From Bdellovibrionota bacterium FG-1 (lineage in GTDB: Bacteria; Bdellovibrionota; UBA1018): DNA of 64,000 bases. A program made the position numbers and the translations under genes. The stretch spans positions 1 to 64,000 of the forward strand of contig JBBCAW010000012.1 in the NCBI GenBank assembly GCA_051382295.1, in the 5' to 3' direction. The notes beneath the pieces are model-generated. The model was not told the origin of the DNA and made no database searches. It worked only from the letters and a program-made list of their open reading frames with translations. This document shows, in pieces, positions 30,473 to 40,360 of this stretch. Position 1 is the stretch's first letter. Each line of letters opens with the position of its first letter.

Positions 30473-31126
30473 TTATGGACTTCCAGCTGGGGGGGGTTCA
30501 GCACCCAGATAGGGTAACAAGACAAAAAGACCGCTTCCGCTTCCACTCTCGTTTGATGGAATGGCATAGGCCTTTCCTAGGAGGTTTCCTCGCTCGTCTT
30601 GAATGCTGACGGAGACCATGAAGGGAAGAGAGACGCCTGTGCTTGAGCTGAGTTGTAGCGGGACAAAAAGGCCAAAGGCCTCGTTGGATAGATAGAGGCT
30701 CAACATCAGATCTTTGATTTGAGAATCCCATCGAGGCAACACTCCGCCTTGGATGTCCGGCAGTGGGCGCCCATCGGGAAGACCTGTTTTAGGGAGTGGT
30801 TTTCCCTGATTGAGCAAAGCCGCTAAACTGATTGAAAATTGAAAAACCGTGCCTGGCGAATTGAGGTTGGGTGCTACGCTGATCGTGGAATCATCGACTC
30901 CGGGGATGGGGACCGTGAGACCCATGTCCCATTGAAGTGTGGTTGAGATAAAGCTGACGTAAAGGTGACTTTGTTGGACGCCAACGCGAAAATGATCGAG
31001 GCCTGGAACTGCAGTTTGCCCCTTTCCACAGCCTAAGCCAATGACCCAAAGAAGCCCTATGGTCACGCTTAATGACATCGAAAATCTCAGCCAGCGAAAT
31101 GATTTTTTTCCTAAAGGGCGAGACAT
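30473..31126 (-). CDS. Hypothetical lipoprotein
   Basis: Lipobox GLGC; LPDGRPLP motif. Confidence 0.7.
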   Translation of the reverse strand: MSRPLGKKSFRWLRFSMSLSVTIGLLWVIGLGCGKGQTAVPGLDHFRVGVQQSHLYVSFISTTLQWDMGLTVPIPGVDDSTISVAPNLNSPGTVFQFSISLAALLNQGKPLPKTGLPDGRPLPDIQGGVLPRWDSQIKDLMLSLYLSNEAFGLFVPLQLSSSTGVSLPFMVSVSIQDERGNLLGKAYAIPSNESGSGSGLFVLLPYLGAEPPPAGSP

Positions 31127-31225
31127 AATTAACCCTGTCCTCGAAAGAAGCTCTGAATAAACTCTCGGATTCTTTTGGGATTTACTTGAGGGAAACGAAC
31201 TAAAATGAACTAAAACGGTCTTGGT

Positions 31226-32353
31226 CTAAAATTGGGCAAAAGTTTCCGCTGCTACGCAAAAATCGCAGGCGCCGCAGCGAAAAGGGGCGTGATCGACCCC
31301 TGCTGGGGTGACTTCAAAATACTGACGGAGGTTGACGCGGCGGCAACCCGGTGATTCTAGGTATTGTGAGACCTGAAGGAGTTGTGCTTGTTGGCGCTCT
31401 GATTTGCGGACACTCCAATCGAGAAGTCGGAAGTCGTCATAGTCCCAAAGCACGAGCGCTTGTGGATTGTGTGCATCCTTAGGGTTACAGCCCCTGTCGC
31501 GGCCTGCTCGTCCAATGGCTTGTGCAAAGGTTAACAGCGAATGCGGAGCTTGCCAAAGAGCGACCCAACGTAGATGCGCGTGATCCATGCCCATGCCAAA
31601 GGCGGAGGTTGCAACGATGATTTGGACCTGGCGAAGGGTGATCTGTTGCTCAATGTTGCGACGTTCGTCCTGGCTTAACCCCGCATGATAGCTTACGACC
31701 GATAGCTTGGCGGCCTCCAACAGGCGAGTGACTCGAGTCGTGGCCTCGCGCGTGGACACGAAGACGATGCCCGCGCTTTTTTGTTGAAGAATCCAAGTGA
31801 CCAGAACGCTGGCGCGGTCTGACCAGGGGATTCGCTTGAGCGTGATTTGAAGATGGGGAGGAAGATTAAACGCTCCCAATTCTATGAGGGGCCCGGGCAG
31901 TCGGGTGCGTAAGTCCAGTCGTGCCTCGGGTGGAAGCGTAGCGGTAAGCCACAGACTGGACTGAATCGAAAAAGCGGTCATCAGCTTGGGGATTTCGTTA
32001 AAGGCAGGTCTGAAACTTTCGCCCCATTCCCAGAGGCAGTGGCACTCGTCCACAACCAAAAAGTTGGGGCGCCAATGTCGTAAAGCACGGATTCGCGCTG
32101 GATTAAGGAGGGATTCCGGACTGATAATCCGGATTTGATCCTGGGCGCCAGCAAGGGGTAAGTCTTTGAGTCGAGCCTGTTGTTGTCGCGCGAGCGCCAC
32201 GAGCGGCGAGATAAGTAAGGTTTTTCGTCCTGATTGAACGGCGGCCCGTTCATAAATAAGGCTTTTTCCCGAGCCTGTAGGGGCAATACAAAGAACATGG
32301 CCAGGTTGGGATAGGGCCGTGAGTGCCTCTTTTTGAAAAGGACGGAGTTGCAT
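31226..32353 (-). CDS. Short RecQ-family helicase
   Basis: LRPFQ, PTGSGKS, DECH, LTAT, YHAG, ATSAFGMGMD, GRAGRD, Zn motif CRR...CGACDFC. Confidence 0.9.
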   Translation of the reverse strand: MQLRPFQKEALTALSQPGHVLCIAPTGSGKSLIYERAAVQSGRKTLLISPLVALARQQQARLKDLPLAGAQDQIRIISPESLLNPARIRALRHWRPNFLVVDECHCLWEWGESFRPAFNEIPKLMTAFSIQSSLWLTATLPPEARLDLRTRLPGPLIELGAFNLPPHLQITLKRIPWSDRASVLVTWILQQKSAGIVFVSTREATTRVTRLLEAAKLSVVSYHAGLSQDERRNIEQQITLRQVQIIVATSAFGMGMDHAHLRWVALWQAPHSLLTFAQAIGRAGRDRGCNPKDAHNPQALVLWDYDDFRLLDWSVRKSERQQAQLLQVSQYLESPGCRRVNLRQYFEVTPAGVDHAPFRCGACDFCVAAETFAQF

Positions 32354-32368
32354 GAAGGCAGTGCATTG

Positions 32369-33355
32369 CTAGAACTGGACCGCTGGCTCATGGGATCTGA
32401 AGCGCAAATAAACGAGCCCACCTATGGCACCAATAGCGATATTGACTAGTGCGAACAAGGTATATATATCCGCGCCGCGTTGGGAACCGAGTAGGCCAAA
32501 CAGAAATAAAAAGGCAGCATGGCCGGTCCCCACTCCCGCAGGTGCGACGGGTACCGCGGTGACGAGTAAGCCAAGTGGTACGATCACATAGATGGCAAGG
32601 AGCGCTAGATTTGTTTCACCTAGGGCCATGGCGAATCGATAGGATGCCCATCCTATGAAAAGATGAATCACAACAGACAGCGCAAGGACCTGAAGGACGG
32701 TGATGCGGTGATTGTGATAGTGGCGAAGACCCTCGTAGATTCGGGTTACTGAGCTGACTTTTGGAAATCGAGCTTCGATGGATCGCAAAATTCGGAGCGC
32801 GGGGTCGTGGTGCTCGCGAACCAAAAATAAATAACCATAAAAAACGAGTACACAAAGCGCCGCGCAGACCACGAAAAATCGCGTTCCCGCTAGCAGTGCT
32901 GAGTGCCTGAACTCACCGAGGCCTAATAAGAGCGCCGAAGCAGAAACCAAAACGAGTGCAGAAAGGCCAGCGACTCGGTCAAAAAGAATACTTCCAAAGG
33001 CGCGAGCCCGCTGTCCGCCTATTTCTTTTCCAATATAAAAAGCTTTAACAAAATCGCCGCTCACCGCACCCGGAAGGGCGATGTTGAAAAAATTTCCGAT
33101 CAAAGTCAACTGTGTCACACGCCCTAGGCTGAGGGAGATCCCTTGGGCTCGTAACAAAAGTTGCCACCTGAGGATGCCCAAAAGAGTCGTGAAGAACATT
33201 GCTGCGATGGCCGGTCCCGATTGTTTCCAATGAGCAAAGGCCTCGCCTGTTTGGCGAAGGGAAATAAAGCCTTTTTGACTCAGGAAATAAAGCAAGCCGG
33301 CAACAAAACCGATTTTAAGGAATGTCTTGAGGTAGGACTTTTTTATGATGATCAT
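32369..33355 (-). CDS. Lysylphosphatidylglycerol-synthase TM / flippase-like membrane protein
   Basis: RWQLLL, FFNIALPGAVSGD, DRVAGL, PVAPAGVG; many TM segments. Confidence 0.88.
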   Translation of the reverse strand: MIIIKKSYLKTFLKIGFVAGLLYFLSQKGFISLRQTGEAFAHWKQSGPAIAAMFFTTLLGILRWQLLLRAQGISLSLGRVTQLTLIGNFFNIALPGAVSGDFVKAFYIGKEIGGQRARAFGSILFDRVAGLSALVLVSASALLLGLGEFRHSALLAGTRFFVVCAALCVLVFYGYLFLVREHHDPALRILRSIEARFPKVSSVTRIYEGLRHYHNHRITVLQVLALSVVIHLFIGWASYRFAMALGETNLALLAIYVIVPLGLLVTAVPVAPAGVGTGHAAFLFLFGLLGSQRGADIYTLFALVNIAIGAIGGLVYLRFRSHEPAVQF

Positions 33356-34053
33356 GAAGACCCCAGGGCGAGAAAGTTGTGGAAAAGAGTTTTTCCGATT
33401 TCGGTACTATAAACTTTTGGTCCTAAATCTGGATTAAGCAGTTCGATGGAAGAATGTTGATGGCGTCGGCCGGCGATAGCTTTTGTGGCCTGTTCGAGTT
33501 GGCGCTCGGGATGGAATTGAACTCCGTAAACAGCCTCACCTTCAAGTTCGAAACATTGAATATCACAAGTTTGGGAGCGAGCGAGAACCTTCGCGCCGGC
33601 TGGAAGCGAGCAAACCTCGTCGCCGTGCCATTGGAAAGTATGAAAAGACCTGGGTAACCGGCGAGTCAAGGAAGATCGAAGCCCCTCAGGGGTGAGTTCG
33701 ATCTTGCCCCACCCGAATTCACCCTGGTTGGCTTGACGAACGGTTTGCAGACCGCCGAGGGCGCGAGCAATCGACTGATGACCGTAACAAATGCCTAAAA
33801 TCGGCCGGGACTCATGAGCTGCTTTTCGAATGAGTTCGTCCAGTCTGCTAATCCAAGGGGCCTGTTCTGTTGCTTGGGTTTTGGATCCGGAGAGGATGAT
33901 GCGATCGTAGGGCAGGCAGGATCGTGGAAGATCGTCTTGAGGGGCCCTCCGTACTTCGATAATGGCACCAGGAGCTGTATGCGCCAGTTCACGAATTTCG
34001 GTGGCACCCCAGCTGTCAGTGTCGATCGTGTTGTCAATGATGAGAATTCGCAT
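33352..34053 (-). CDS. Class I glutamine amidotransferase
   Basis: ILSGS, LGICYGHQ, WHGD, GVQFHPE. Confidence 0.92.
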   Translation of the reverse strand: MRILIIDNTIDTDSWGATEIRELAHTAPGAIIEVRRAPQDDLPRSCLPYDRIILSGSKTQATEQAPWISRLDELIRKAAHESRPILGICYGHQSIARALGGLQTVRQANQGEFGWGKIELTPEGLRSSLTRRLPRSFHTFQWHGDEVCSLPAGAKVLARSQTCDIQCFELEGEAVYGVQFHPERQLEQATKAIAGRRHQHSSIELLNPDLGPKVYSTEIGKTLFHNFLALGSS

Positions 34054-34819
34054 TCTTTCGTATCCGGTCTTCGAGAGGGTAGGCGTACTTCAAAAAAACG
34101 CTATACGCCGCGTTGATCGAAATAATAAATCCGGCCAAACCATCTAAAAAACCACGTTTTAATAGATAGGTTTCGATAAATTTACCAAGCGGTTTGAGGC
34201 AAAGGCGAGGGAGACTCGGCTTTTTTCCGCATTGAACGAGTTGTTGGGAGCCTAGTTTAGAAAAGTTGAGATTAGTTACGACTTGATCGTAAATGCTGTC
34301 GAATGAAAAATGATCAAGCGGGTTTTGAAGGTGGAGGATCCGGCCTTGTACCTCCAAGGCCTCGTGAACGGCGGGCTCGCTCCAGCGAGAGTGCCGTCGA
34401 TCGGCAAGACGCACGAGATAATTGGGATACCAGCCACCATGGCGGATCCAGCGTCCGAGGTAGAAGGTTCGCCTGGGAATGGCAAAACCCCGGATGTCAT
34501 CATTGTCAGTGTCAACTTTTTCAAGGACTTGTTTGATTTCGTCCGCTAGGGCGGGGGGCACGACCTCATCGGCGTCAATATTAAGAACCCATGGGTGCCG
34601 GGCTTGCTGCTGTGCGTAGTTTTTTTGTTGACCGTAGCCGCCCCAGGCGTGTTCAAAAACCCGAGCGCCGAGCTTTTTGGCGATTTCGACGGTAGAGTCA
34701 GTACTTCCGGAGTCGACAACAATGATTTCATCAGCCCATCGGACGCTATGGATCGCTCGCGGGAGATGTTTCTCCTCGTCCAATGTGATGATAGTGACGG
34801 AAATAGGCAGGCGTGACAT
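34034..34819 (-). CDS. GT2 glycosyltransferase (WaaE/KdtX-like)
   Basis: VDSGSTD, IDADE, GGWYP, VHE, GFLDG. Confidence 0.9.
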   Translation of the reverse strand: MSRLPISVTIITLDEEKHLPRAIHSVRWADEIIVVDSGSTDSTVEIAKKLGARVFEHAWGGYGQQKNYAQQQARHPWVLNIDADEVVPPALADEIKQVLEKVDTDNDDIRGFAIPRRTFYLGRWIRHGGWYPNYLVRLADRRHSRWSEPAVHEALEVQGRILHLQNPLDHFSFDSIYDQVVTNLNFSKLGSQQLVQCGKKPSLPRLCLKPLGKFIETYLLKRGFLDGLAGFIISINAAYSVFLKYAYPLEDRIRKNANSHH

Positions 34820-34901
34820 GGAATTCGAAAAAACTAGCATAATGGTGCGAATTTTGGGAAGAAATGTGGAATCTGGGCAAATTTAAGGGAGATCTAAAAA
34901 C

Positions 34902-36218
34902 GTGAAAATTGCCGTCATTGGTACTGGGTACGTAGGTTTGGTCGCCGGAGCCTGTTTTGCAGATACCGGAAACACGGTTTACTGTGTGGATAAGGACCCT
35001 TCTAAAATTCAGGCACTCAAGAATGGCATCATCCCAATTTTTGAGCCCGGCTTGGAAACATTAGTGAAACGGGGTTTTGCAGAGGGGCGGCTAGTTTTCA
35101 CGACCTCCACCGCTGAAGCCGTCGCTGCGAGTGAAATTGTATTTATGGCAGTGGGCACACCGCCGCTTCCGAATGGAGAACCTGACCTTCAATATCTAAA
35201 GTCCGCTGCCGAAGAAGTCGCTCGTGCCATGACGGGCTATCGACTCGTAGTGAATAAGTCAACGGTGCCGATTGGTTCTCATCGTGTCGTGGCAGATTGG
35301 ATGGGGCCTTTTGCCAAGTTTCCGTTCGATGTAGTCAGTAATCCCGAATTTTTAAAGGAAGGCTCTGCAGTTGACGATTTTCTTAAGCCTGACCGCGTGG
35401 TGATCGGTACTGAAAAAGATGAGTGCTTTCAAAAGATGGCTGACCTGTATGCTCCTTTTGTGCGTCAGGGAAACCCCATTATTCGGATGGATCCGGTTTC
35501 GGCCGAGATCACCAAATACGCATGTAATGCGTTTCTTGCGACCCGTATCAGTTTTATGAATGAGCTTTCCGTTCTTTGTGAAAAGGTCGGGGGTGATGTC
35601 GAAGAGGTCCGCAAAGGAATGACTTCCGATGTTCGGATCGGCAAGCATTTTCTCTACGCCGGCGTCGGATATGGTGGCTCTTGCTTTCCAAAGGATGTTC
35701 AGGCGTTGATGGCGACGGGGCGTCGCAATGATGTACCGATGGGAATTGTCGGCGCAGTCGAGGATGCCAATGCTCGACAAAAACGTCGCCTTTCGGCTAA
35801 GGTTCGTGCGCGTTTTGGATCGGCCTTAGTTGGAAAAACTTTTGCGCTTTGGGGGCTGGCTTTTAAACCGAATACCGATGATATGCGTGAAGCTCCCGCT
35901 TTGACGGTCATCTCGGAGCTGACCGAGGCCGGTGCAAAAATCCGGGCGTATGATCCTGTCGCTACTGAAAATGCACGTCAGTTGATTGATGATCGCCGAG
36001 GATTAGTTACTTATTGTGATTCCGTCTATGAAGCTCTTGAAGGAGCAGATGCTCTGCTCATCGTGACGGAGTGGAATGAGTTTCGCCACCCTGATTTTGG
36101 CCAGGTTAAAACGCTCTTGCGTGGACCCGTGATTTTTGATGGCCGCAATCTCTATGCCCCAGAAAAGATGCAGGCATTAGGGTTTGAGTACCACGGGATC
36201 GGGCGTGAGCCCGTTTGA
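34902..36218 (+). CDS. ugd: UDP-glucose 6-dehydrogenase
   Basis: GTGYVG, NKSTVP, SNPEFLKEG, GYGGSCFPKD, FKPNTDDMRE. Confidence 0.96.
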   Translation: MKIAVIGTGYVGLVAGACFADTGNTVYCVDKDPSKIQALKNGIIPIFEPGLETLVKRGFAEGRLVFTTSTAEAVAASEIVFMAVGTPPLPNGEPDLQYLKSAAEEVARAMTGYRLVVNKSTVPIGSHRVVADWMGPFAKFPFDVVSNPEFLKEGSAVDDFLKPDRVVIGTEKDECFQKMADLYAPFVRQGNPIIRMDPVSAEITKYACNAFLATRISFMNELSVLCEKVGGDVEEVRKGMTSDVRIGKHFLYAGVGYGGSCFPKDVQALMATGRRNDVPMGIVGAVEDANARQKRRLSAKVRARFGSALVGKTFALWGLAFKPNTDDMREAPALTVISELTEAGAKIRAYDPVATENARQLIDDRRGLVTYCDSVYEALEGADALLIVTEWNEFRHPDFGQVKTLLRGPVIFDGRNLYAPEKMQALGFEYHGIGREPV

Positions 36219-37013
36219 GCAGCGAATTCGGCCGCTCTGTTTGAGCTCATCCAGTCGAGACTCATTGGCTGGGGTGAAGTCACGTCGTGGATGCCAGACA
36301 TGGAATTGAAGTGCGAGTCCTTTGAGTGATTTGATTCGATAGCCGAGGTTTTGAAGCCTGAATTCGACGTCCGTGTCTTCTCTTCCATATCCTTCATACT
36401 GTTCGTCGAAGCCGTTGATGGCTTCAATCGCTTGGCGGGGTAAGGAGTAATTGCATCCCTTGAGATCAACAATGTGATTCATTTTGAGAATTTTCCGAAG
36501 TGAATGGAATGGTACTCGAACGCTTCGGTTAATAAATTCGCTATCGCCTTTGAGGGCACTGACAATCAGATCGAGATGGGGCCAATCAAAAAAGCCCTTT
36601 TGAATTTGCTCTGGGGTAAGAGTGGCACTGAGGTCAGGGCCTAATTCCATCCTGCGGCCGGCAAGGTATCTTTGGGGCTCCTGAAGCGCGAGGTGATCTC
36701 GAACAAAGTGTCGATGAGGAATGCAGTCGCCATCCAGAAAAATAAAGGTATCGGCCTGAGCGGACCGGAGTGCTTGATTGAGGATGCGGCATTTTCTGAA
36801 GCCCTGATGCTCTTGCCATAAATGGTAAGCTGGAATGGAGGACTGGGCTTTGAATTGGTCAATGACATTGTGGGTCTGGTCGCCGGAGCCGTCATCACAA
36901 AAGAGGATTTCAAAATCAGGCTCGCTTTGTCGTTGTAGGGCTGCGCAAACGAGGGCGAGGTGGCGTGGCATTTCGTAGGTGGCAATAAAAAGCGAAGCTT
37001 TGGGTTTAGGCAT
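36177..37013 (-). CDS. GT2 glycosyltransferase
   Basis: DDGS, FLDGDC, GCNYS, NGFDE.YEGYGRED. Confidence 0.9.
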   Translation of the reverse strand: MPKPKASLFIATYEMPRHLALVCAALQRQSEPDFEILFCDDGSGDQTHNVIDQFKAQSSIPAYHLWQEHQGFRKCRILNQALRSAQADTFIFLDGDCIPHRHFVRDHLALQEPQRYLAGRRMELGPDLSATLTPEQIQKGFFDWPHLDLIVSALKGDSEFINRSVRVPFHSLRKILKMNHIVDLKGCNYSLPRQAIEAINGFDEQYEGYGREDTDVEFRLQNLGYRIKSLKGLALQFHVWHPRRDFTPANESRLDELKQSGRIRCSNGLTPDPVVLKP

Positions 37014-37938
37014 GGTGTTTTGGGGATGGCTGAATCAGGCGATAACTGCGGTATTCAAAAAAGCGGTGTCCGGTGATGGCTTCAATGGTGTCGAGGATGA
37101 CTTTCTTGGCATCGCGCCAGTTCCATGCTAGCGGCGAATGTTCGAGGTCCCAAGCCCATCCGTGAGAGTGGATTCGCTCGGTCATGACTTTCGGATGCGA
37201 GCCTCCATAACGTTTCAAACCCCAGAACCGTTTATAACGATAGTTGTCCCCCGTATGAGGCGTGCGTTTTTCGGCATCTTGGTCTTTTGGAGAACCATGG
37301 TAAAGTTGGTCCATAAAGAAGGTCTTCTCTTTCATGGCCTCGGGCGTTCTCACCCAACCATAATGAAAGACTCGGACTCCGGGTCGGATTACTTTGAGTT
37401 TTGATCCGTCTGTCTTTCGAAAGCTTTGGGCATCTCCAATGCTACGAGCGCCACTGGAACGCCGAAGAACGCGAACTTCACGGCGATAGGCGCTTCGGGT
37501 TTGTTGAATGACATCGAATGATCCATAAAAATGAACGTAGTCGAACAAAAGACCTTCTACTTCGGGTTCGTTGGCATAAGTCTGAAGCGCCTTTTTCAGA
37601 GTGGGCAGGTCTTGCTCATGAATGACCTCGTCGGCTTGAAGGTAGATACACCAGTCGCCCGTACAACGATCCAGGGCAAGGTTAGTTTGTTCGGAAAGAA
37701 TGAGGCCACCTTTTTTTTTCTCGGGATCATTCAAGGGCCAAAGACTCTCGAAAGTCTTAACTTTGCCTTGTCCTTCTTCCTGGGCAAATTGGGCAATTCT
37801 TTCAGCGGTATCGTCGTCACTTTTTCCAATATTGATGATCAGCTCGTCCACCAGGGGCAGTAATGACCTGAATGATTCAAGATAGGGGTAGTCGTATTGA
37901 GTGCCGTTGCGGACCAACGAAAAGCCAGAAACCTTCAT
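37006..37938 (-). CDS. GT2-like glycosyltransferase
   Basis: SGFSLVRN, YLQADE, FHYGWVR; ATGA overlap with the upstream gene. Confidence 0.88.
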   Translation of the reverse strand: MKVSGFSLVRNGTQYDYPYLESFRSLLPLVDELIINIGKSDDDTAERIAQFAQEEGQGKVKTFESLWPLNDPEKKKGGLILSEQTNLALDRCTGDWCIYLQADEVIHEQDLPTLKKALQTYANEPEVEGLLFDYVHFYGSFDVIQQTRSAYRREVRVLRRSSGARSIGDAQSFRKTDGSKLKVIRPGVRVFHYGWVRTPEAMKEKTFFMDQLYHGSPKDQDAEKRTPHTGDNYRYKRFWGLKRYGGSHPKVMTERIHSHGWAWDLEHSPLAWNWRDAKKVILDTIEAITGHRFFEYRSYRLIQPSPKHHA

Positions 37939-38747
37939 AATCGTTTCGTTCCGCTGTTGTGAAATTCTTGTTGGATTTGCCACATTTTGATGTGTCTCAC
38001 CACCCGCGAGACCCCTTCAAGAAGTGAAATAATAAAACCGTGCATGCCGTCTTTTCGGGCGCCGTAGTAGAAGTAGTTTTTATAAAACATGGATGGAAAG
38101 GCCCCCAGCAATTTGAACCCATTGGTGCGTTGGCCTTGATTGATCCGATCGCGGGCTTCAATTGAGGTGTATTTATTCATTTTGGCCAGAAATTTTTCAG
38201 GCGAAAAATCGGGTGAATGCAAAAGAGGTTCATGAATATCTTGGGGGGGCTTTGGAAAAATCGGATACTCGTGGATATCGTTGACATACCGAACGCCGGT
38301 GCGATTGAAAAATCGGTCTTGATAGCTTGGGTTCCAGATCCCATAGTGGATCGGTCGAGCCAAGAAGTACTCGATCCGTCGAATTTTGTAGGCCGAATGG
38401 GGGGGCTGTTGTCCATTCAAAAAAAAACCGCGAATTCGCGCTTCCAATTCGGGGCTGCAGCATTCGTCAGCATCGACGACCAAGATCCAGGGATTGCGAG
38501 CTTGCTCCATCGCAAAGGTGCGTTGCTCGCGAAAGCCACTCCAAGCGCGTTGCAAAAAACGTATGCGCGGGGCCCAAGGGGCGGCGGGGTCGCGGCAAAC
38601 AGCTTCAGTCGCATCCGCGCTATGGGCATCGATGACTAAGATTTCGTCACACCAGGTGAGCGACTGCAGGCATCGTGCGATATGGGACCCCTCATTGTGC
38701 GTGATAATGGCGGCGGTGACGGGTGTCTGGCTTGTTTGAAGGTTCAT
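37935..38747 (-). CDS. GT2 glycosyltransferase (WaaE-like)
   Basis: IITHNE, WCDEILVID, VDADE, IHE, DGMHGF. Confidence 0.88.
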   Translation of the reverse strand: MNLQTSQTPVTAAIITHNEGSHIARCLQSLTWCDEILVIDAHSADATEAVCRDPAAPWAPRIRFLQRAWSGFREQRTFAMEQARNPWILVVDADECCSPELEARIRGFFLNGQQPPHSAYKIRRIEYFLARPIHYGIWNPSYQDRFFNRTGVRYVNDIHEYPIFPKPPQDIHEPLLHSPDFSPEKFLAKMNKYTSIEARDRINQGQRTNGFKLLGAFPSMFYKNYFYYGARKDGMHGFIISLLEGVSRVVRHIKMWQIQQEFHNSGTKRL

Positions 38748-39847
38748 CGTGCAATTCTCAGGCATTCGGCGAGTACGGCATTAACGCCAATGCTTCGCAT
38801 GCACTTTTGCTGCTCGATGATGCAAGGCTCGGTCGCGCACCACGGCGGCATGCCGGGGTCGGCGTCTTGTCGGCAGGCGAGATTATCAAGAAAGAGAAAG
38901 GGATGGCGTTCTGGGGGATAGGGATGCCACTCAAAGGGATGTTCTGGGCCAAAAATAGTCACCGTGGGAGTATTGACGGCAACGGCTAAATGGCGAGGGC
39001 CGGAGTCATTTCCCGCAAAAACTGAAAGAAGACTAAGGACGGCCATCGTTTGTCGGAGTGAAAGTTGGCCCTCGGTGACGATTCGAGAACGGATCATTAC
39101 TCGTTCGGCTGTGTTAGGGACGGAGTGTGCCAAGGCATCATCGACGGCTTGGAGAAACTCATGAATTCGATTGGCCTCATCGGGGCCGGCTATCGCAAGC
39201 ACTCCGCCTTCTTTTTGTCTCGACCACTCGACGGCCAGCGAGGCGAAGCGATCCATCGGCCAATTTTTTGCCGGGCGACTTGCCCCTAGACCCAGGCCTA
39301 GAACAGGTTGTAAGAGCCTTAATTTTGAAAACCGTTCTTTGGCCGCGGACTGTTCAGATGCTGAAAGGTAGAGTTGGGGAAGTCTGCCGGCTGGGACATG
39401 AATTCCTAAGGCGCGAATGGTATCCATGTCGCGTTCAATGGTGGGTTTGAGTGTGCCCTTGCCTGGGACCGAAACTGTGGAGTATCGATTCTTTTGTCGA
39501 TGTCCATGAAAGTGGATCGCGCGAACCTTAGCTCCTGTTCCAAAAGACAGCATGGAACTGGATGGGCTCGCATGAAAATTGACAGCCCAATCGAAATGCT
39601 CTTTTCTGAGGCGAAAACCTAGGCCGGCGATGGCTTTAGCGCGAGCGCCACGGTCCTCGTGGCGTTCATAGGGCCAAATTCGGTCAACCGCAGGATGTCC
39701 TTCGAGAATGGATGCCCACGGGGTGTGAACAACAACGTGAATCTCGGCGCCCGGGAAAGTTTTTCGAAGTTCAGTGAGTGGAGCGGTCATTAAGACTGTA
39801 TCACCGAGTGCGCGTAATTTGACGGCCAAGATTTTGCGAGGAGGCAT
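38744..39847 (-). CDS. GT9 LPS heptosyltransferase
   Basis: RALGDTVL, KNWP, GNDSGPRHLAVA, TIFGP. Confidence 0.92.
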   Translation of the reverse strand: MPPRKILAVKLRALGDTVLMTAPLTELRKTFPGAEIHVVVHTPWASILEGHPAVDRIWPYERHEDRGARAKAIAGLGFRLRKEHFDWAVNFHASPSSSMLSFGTGAKVRAIHFHGHRQKNRYSTVSVPGKGTLKPTIERDMDTIRALGIHVPAGRLPQLYLSASEQSAAKERFSKLRLLQPVLGLGLGASRPAKNWPMDRFASLAVEWSRQKEGGVLAIAGPDEANRIHEFLQAVDDALAHSVPNTAERVMIRSRIVTEGQLSLRQTMAVLSLLSVFAGNDSGPRHLAVAVNTPTVTIFGPEHPFEWHPYPPERHPFLFLDNLACRQDADPGMPPWCATEPCIIEQQKCMRSIGVNAVLAECLRIAR

Positions 39848-39874
39848 TGGAACAAGACTAGCCTAGCTCGAGGC

Positions 39875-39934
39875 AAAAAAAAACCCCTGGTCGTTAGTCG
39901 AACGCTTGGCGCGCGAATAACGACCAGGGGTTTT
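39875..39934 (-). terminator. Strong, probably bidirectional terminator hairpin
   Basis: AAAACCCCTGGTCGTTA-N21-TAACGACCAGGGGTTTT, a 17-bp stem with a 9-A run. Confidence 0.85.
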
Positions 39935-39953
39935 AAAATCGAAGATCTAAGGA

Positions 39954-40184
39954 TTACTTAGTGACATCAGCGGCTGGAGCAGTTTCTTCGGCAGCAGCTT
40001 TTTTAGCATGCTTCTTGGCGGCTTTATGATGAGCCTTCTTAGCCTTCTTAGCAGGCTTTTCAGCCTTGACTTCAGCAGCTGGGGCAGCAGCAGCTGGGGC
40101 AGCTGCTGCTGGGGCAGTGTCTTCGGCCATAGCAACAACCGAGAAAGCCATAGCAGCGATCATAGCAATAATGAATTTTTTCAT
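39954..40184 (-). CDS. Small periplasmic Ala/Lys/His-rich protein (Asr-like composition)
   Basis: AGGAG RBS, signal peptide, APAAAAP repeats, KKAHHKAAKKH, own terminator. Confidence 0.8.
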   Translation of the reverse strand: MKKFIIAMIAAMAFSVVAMAEDTAPAAAAPAAAAPAAEVKAEKPAKKAKKAHHKAAKKHAKKAAAEETAPAADVTK

Positions 40185-40360
40185 TTGAATCTCCTAATTA
40201 AGGGTTTTACGGCGCATGAGCTCCGTTCTCTCTATTTAGGAGGATGCGCGCGTGTGTGCAACCAAAAAAAATCAAAAAAGAGTCACTTTTCAATGGGTTG
40301 TTGAATGTTGAGACAGTGTTGCGAAATACAGCACTCATTTGACTGGGTGCGTGATCTTCA

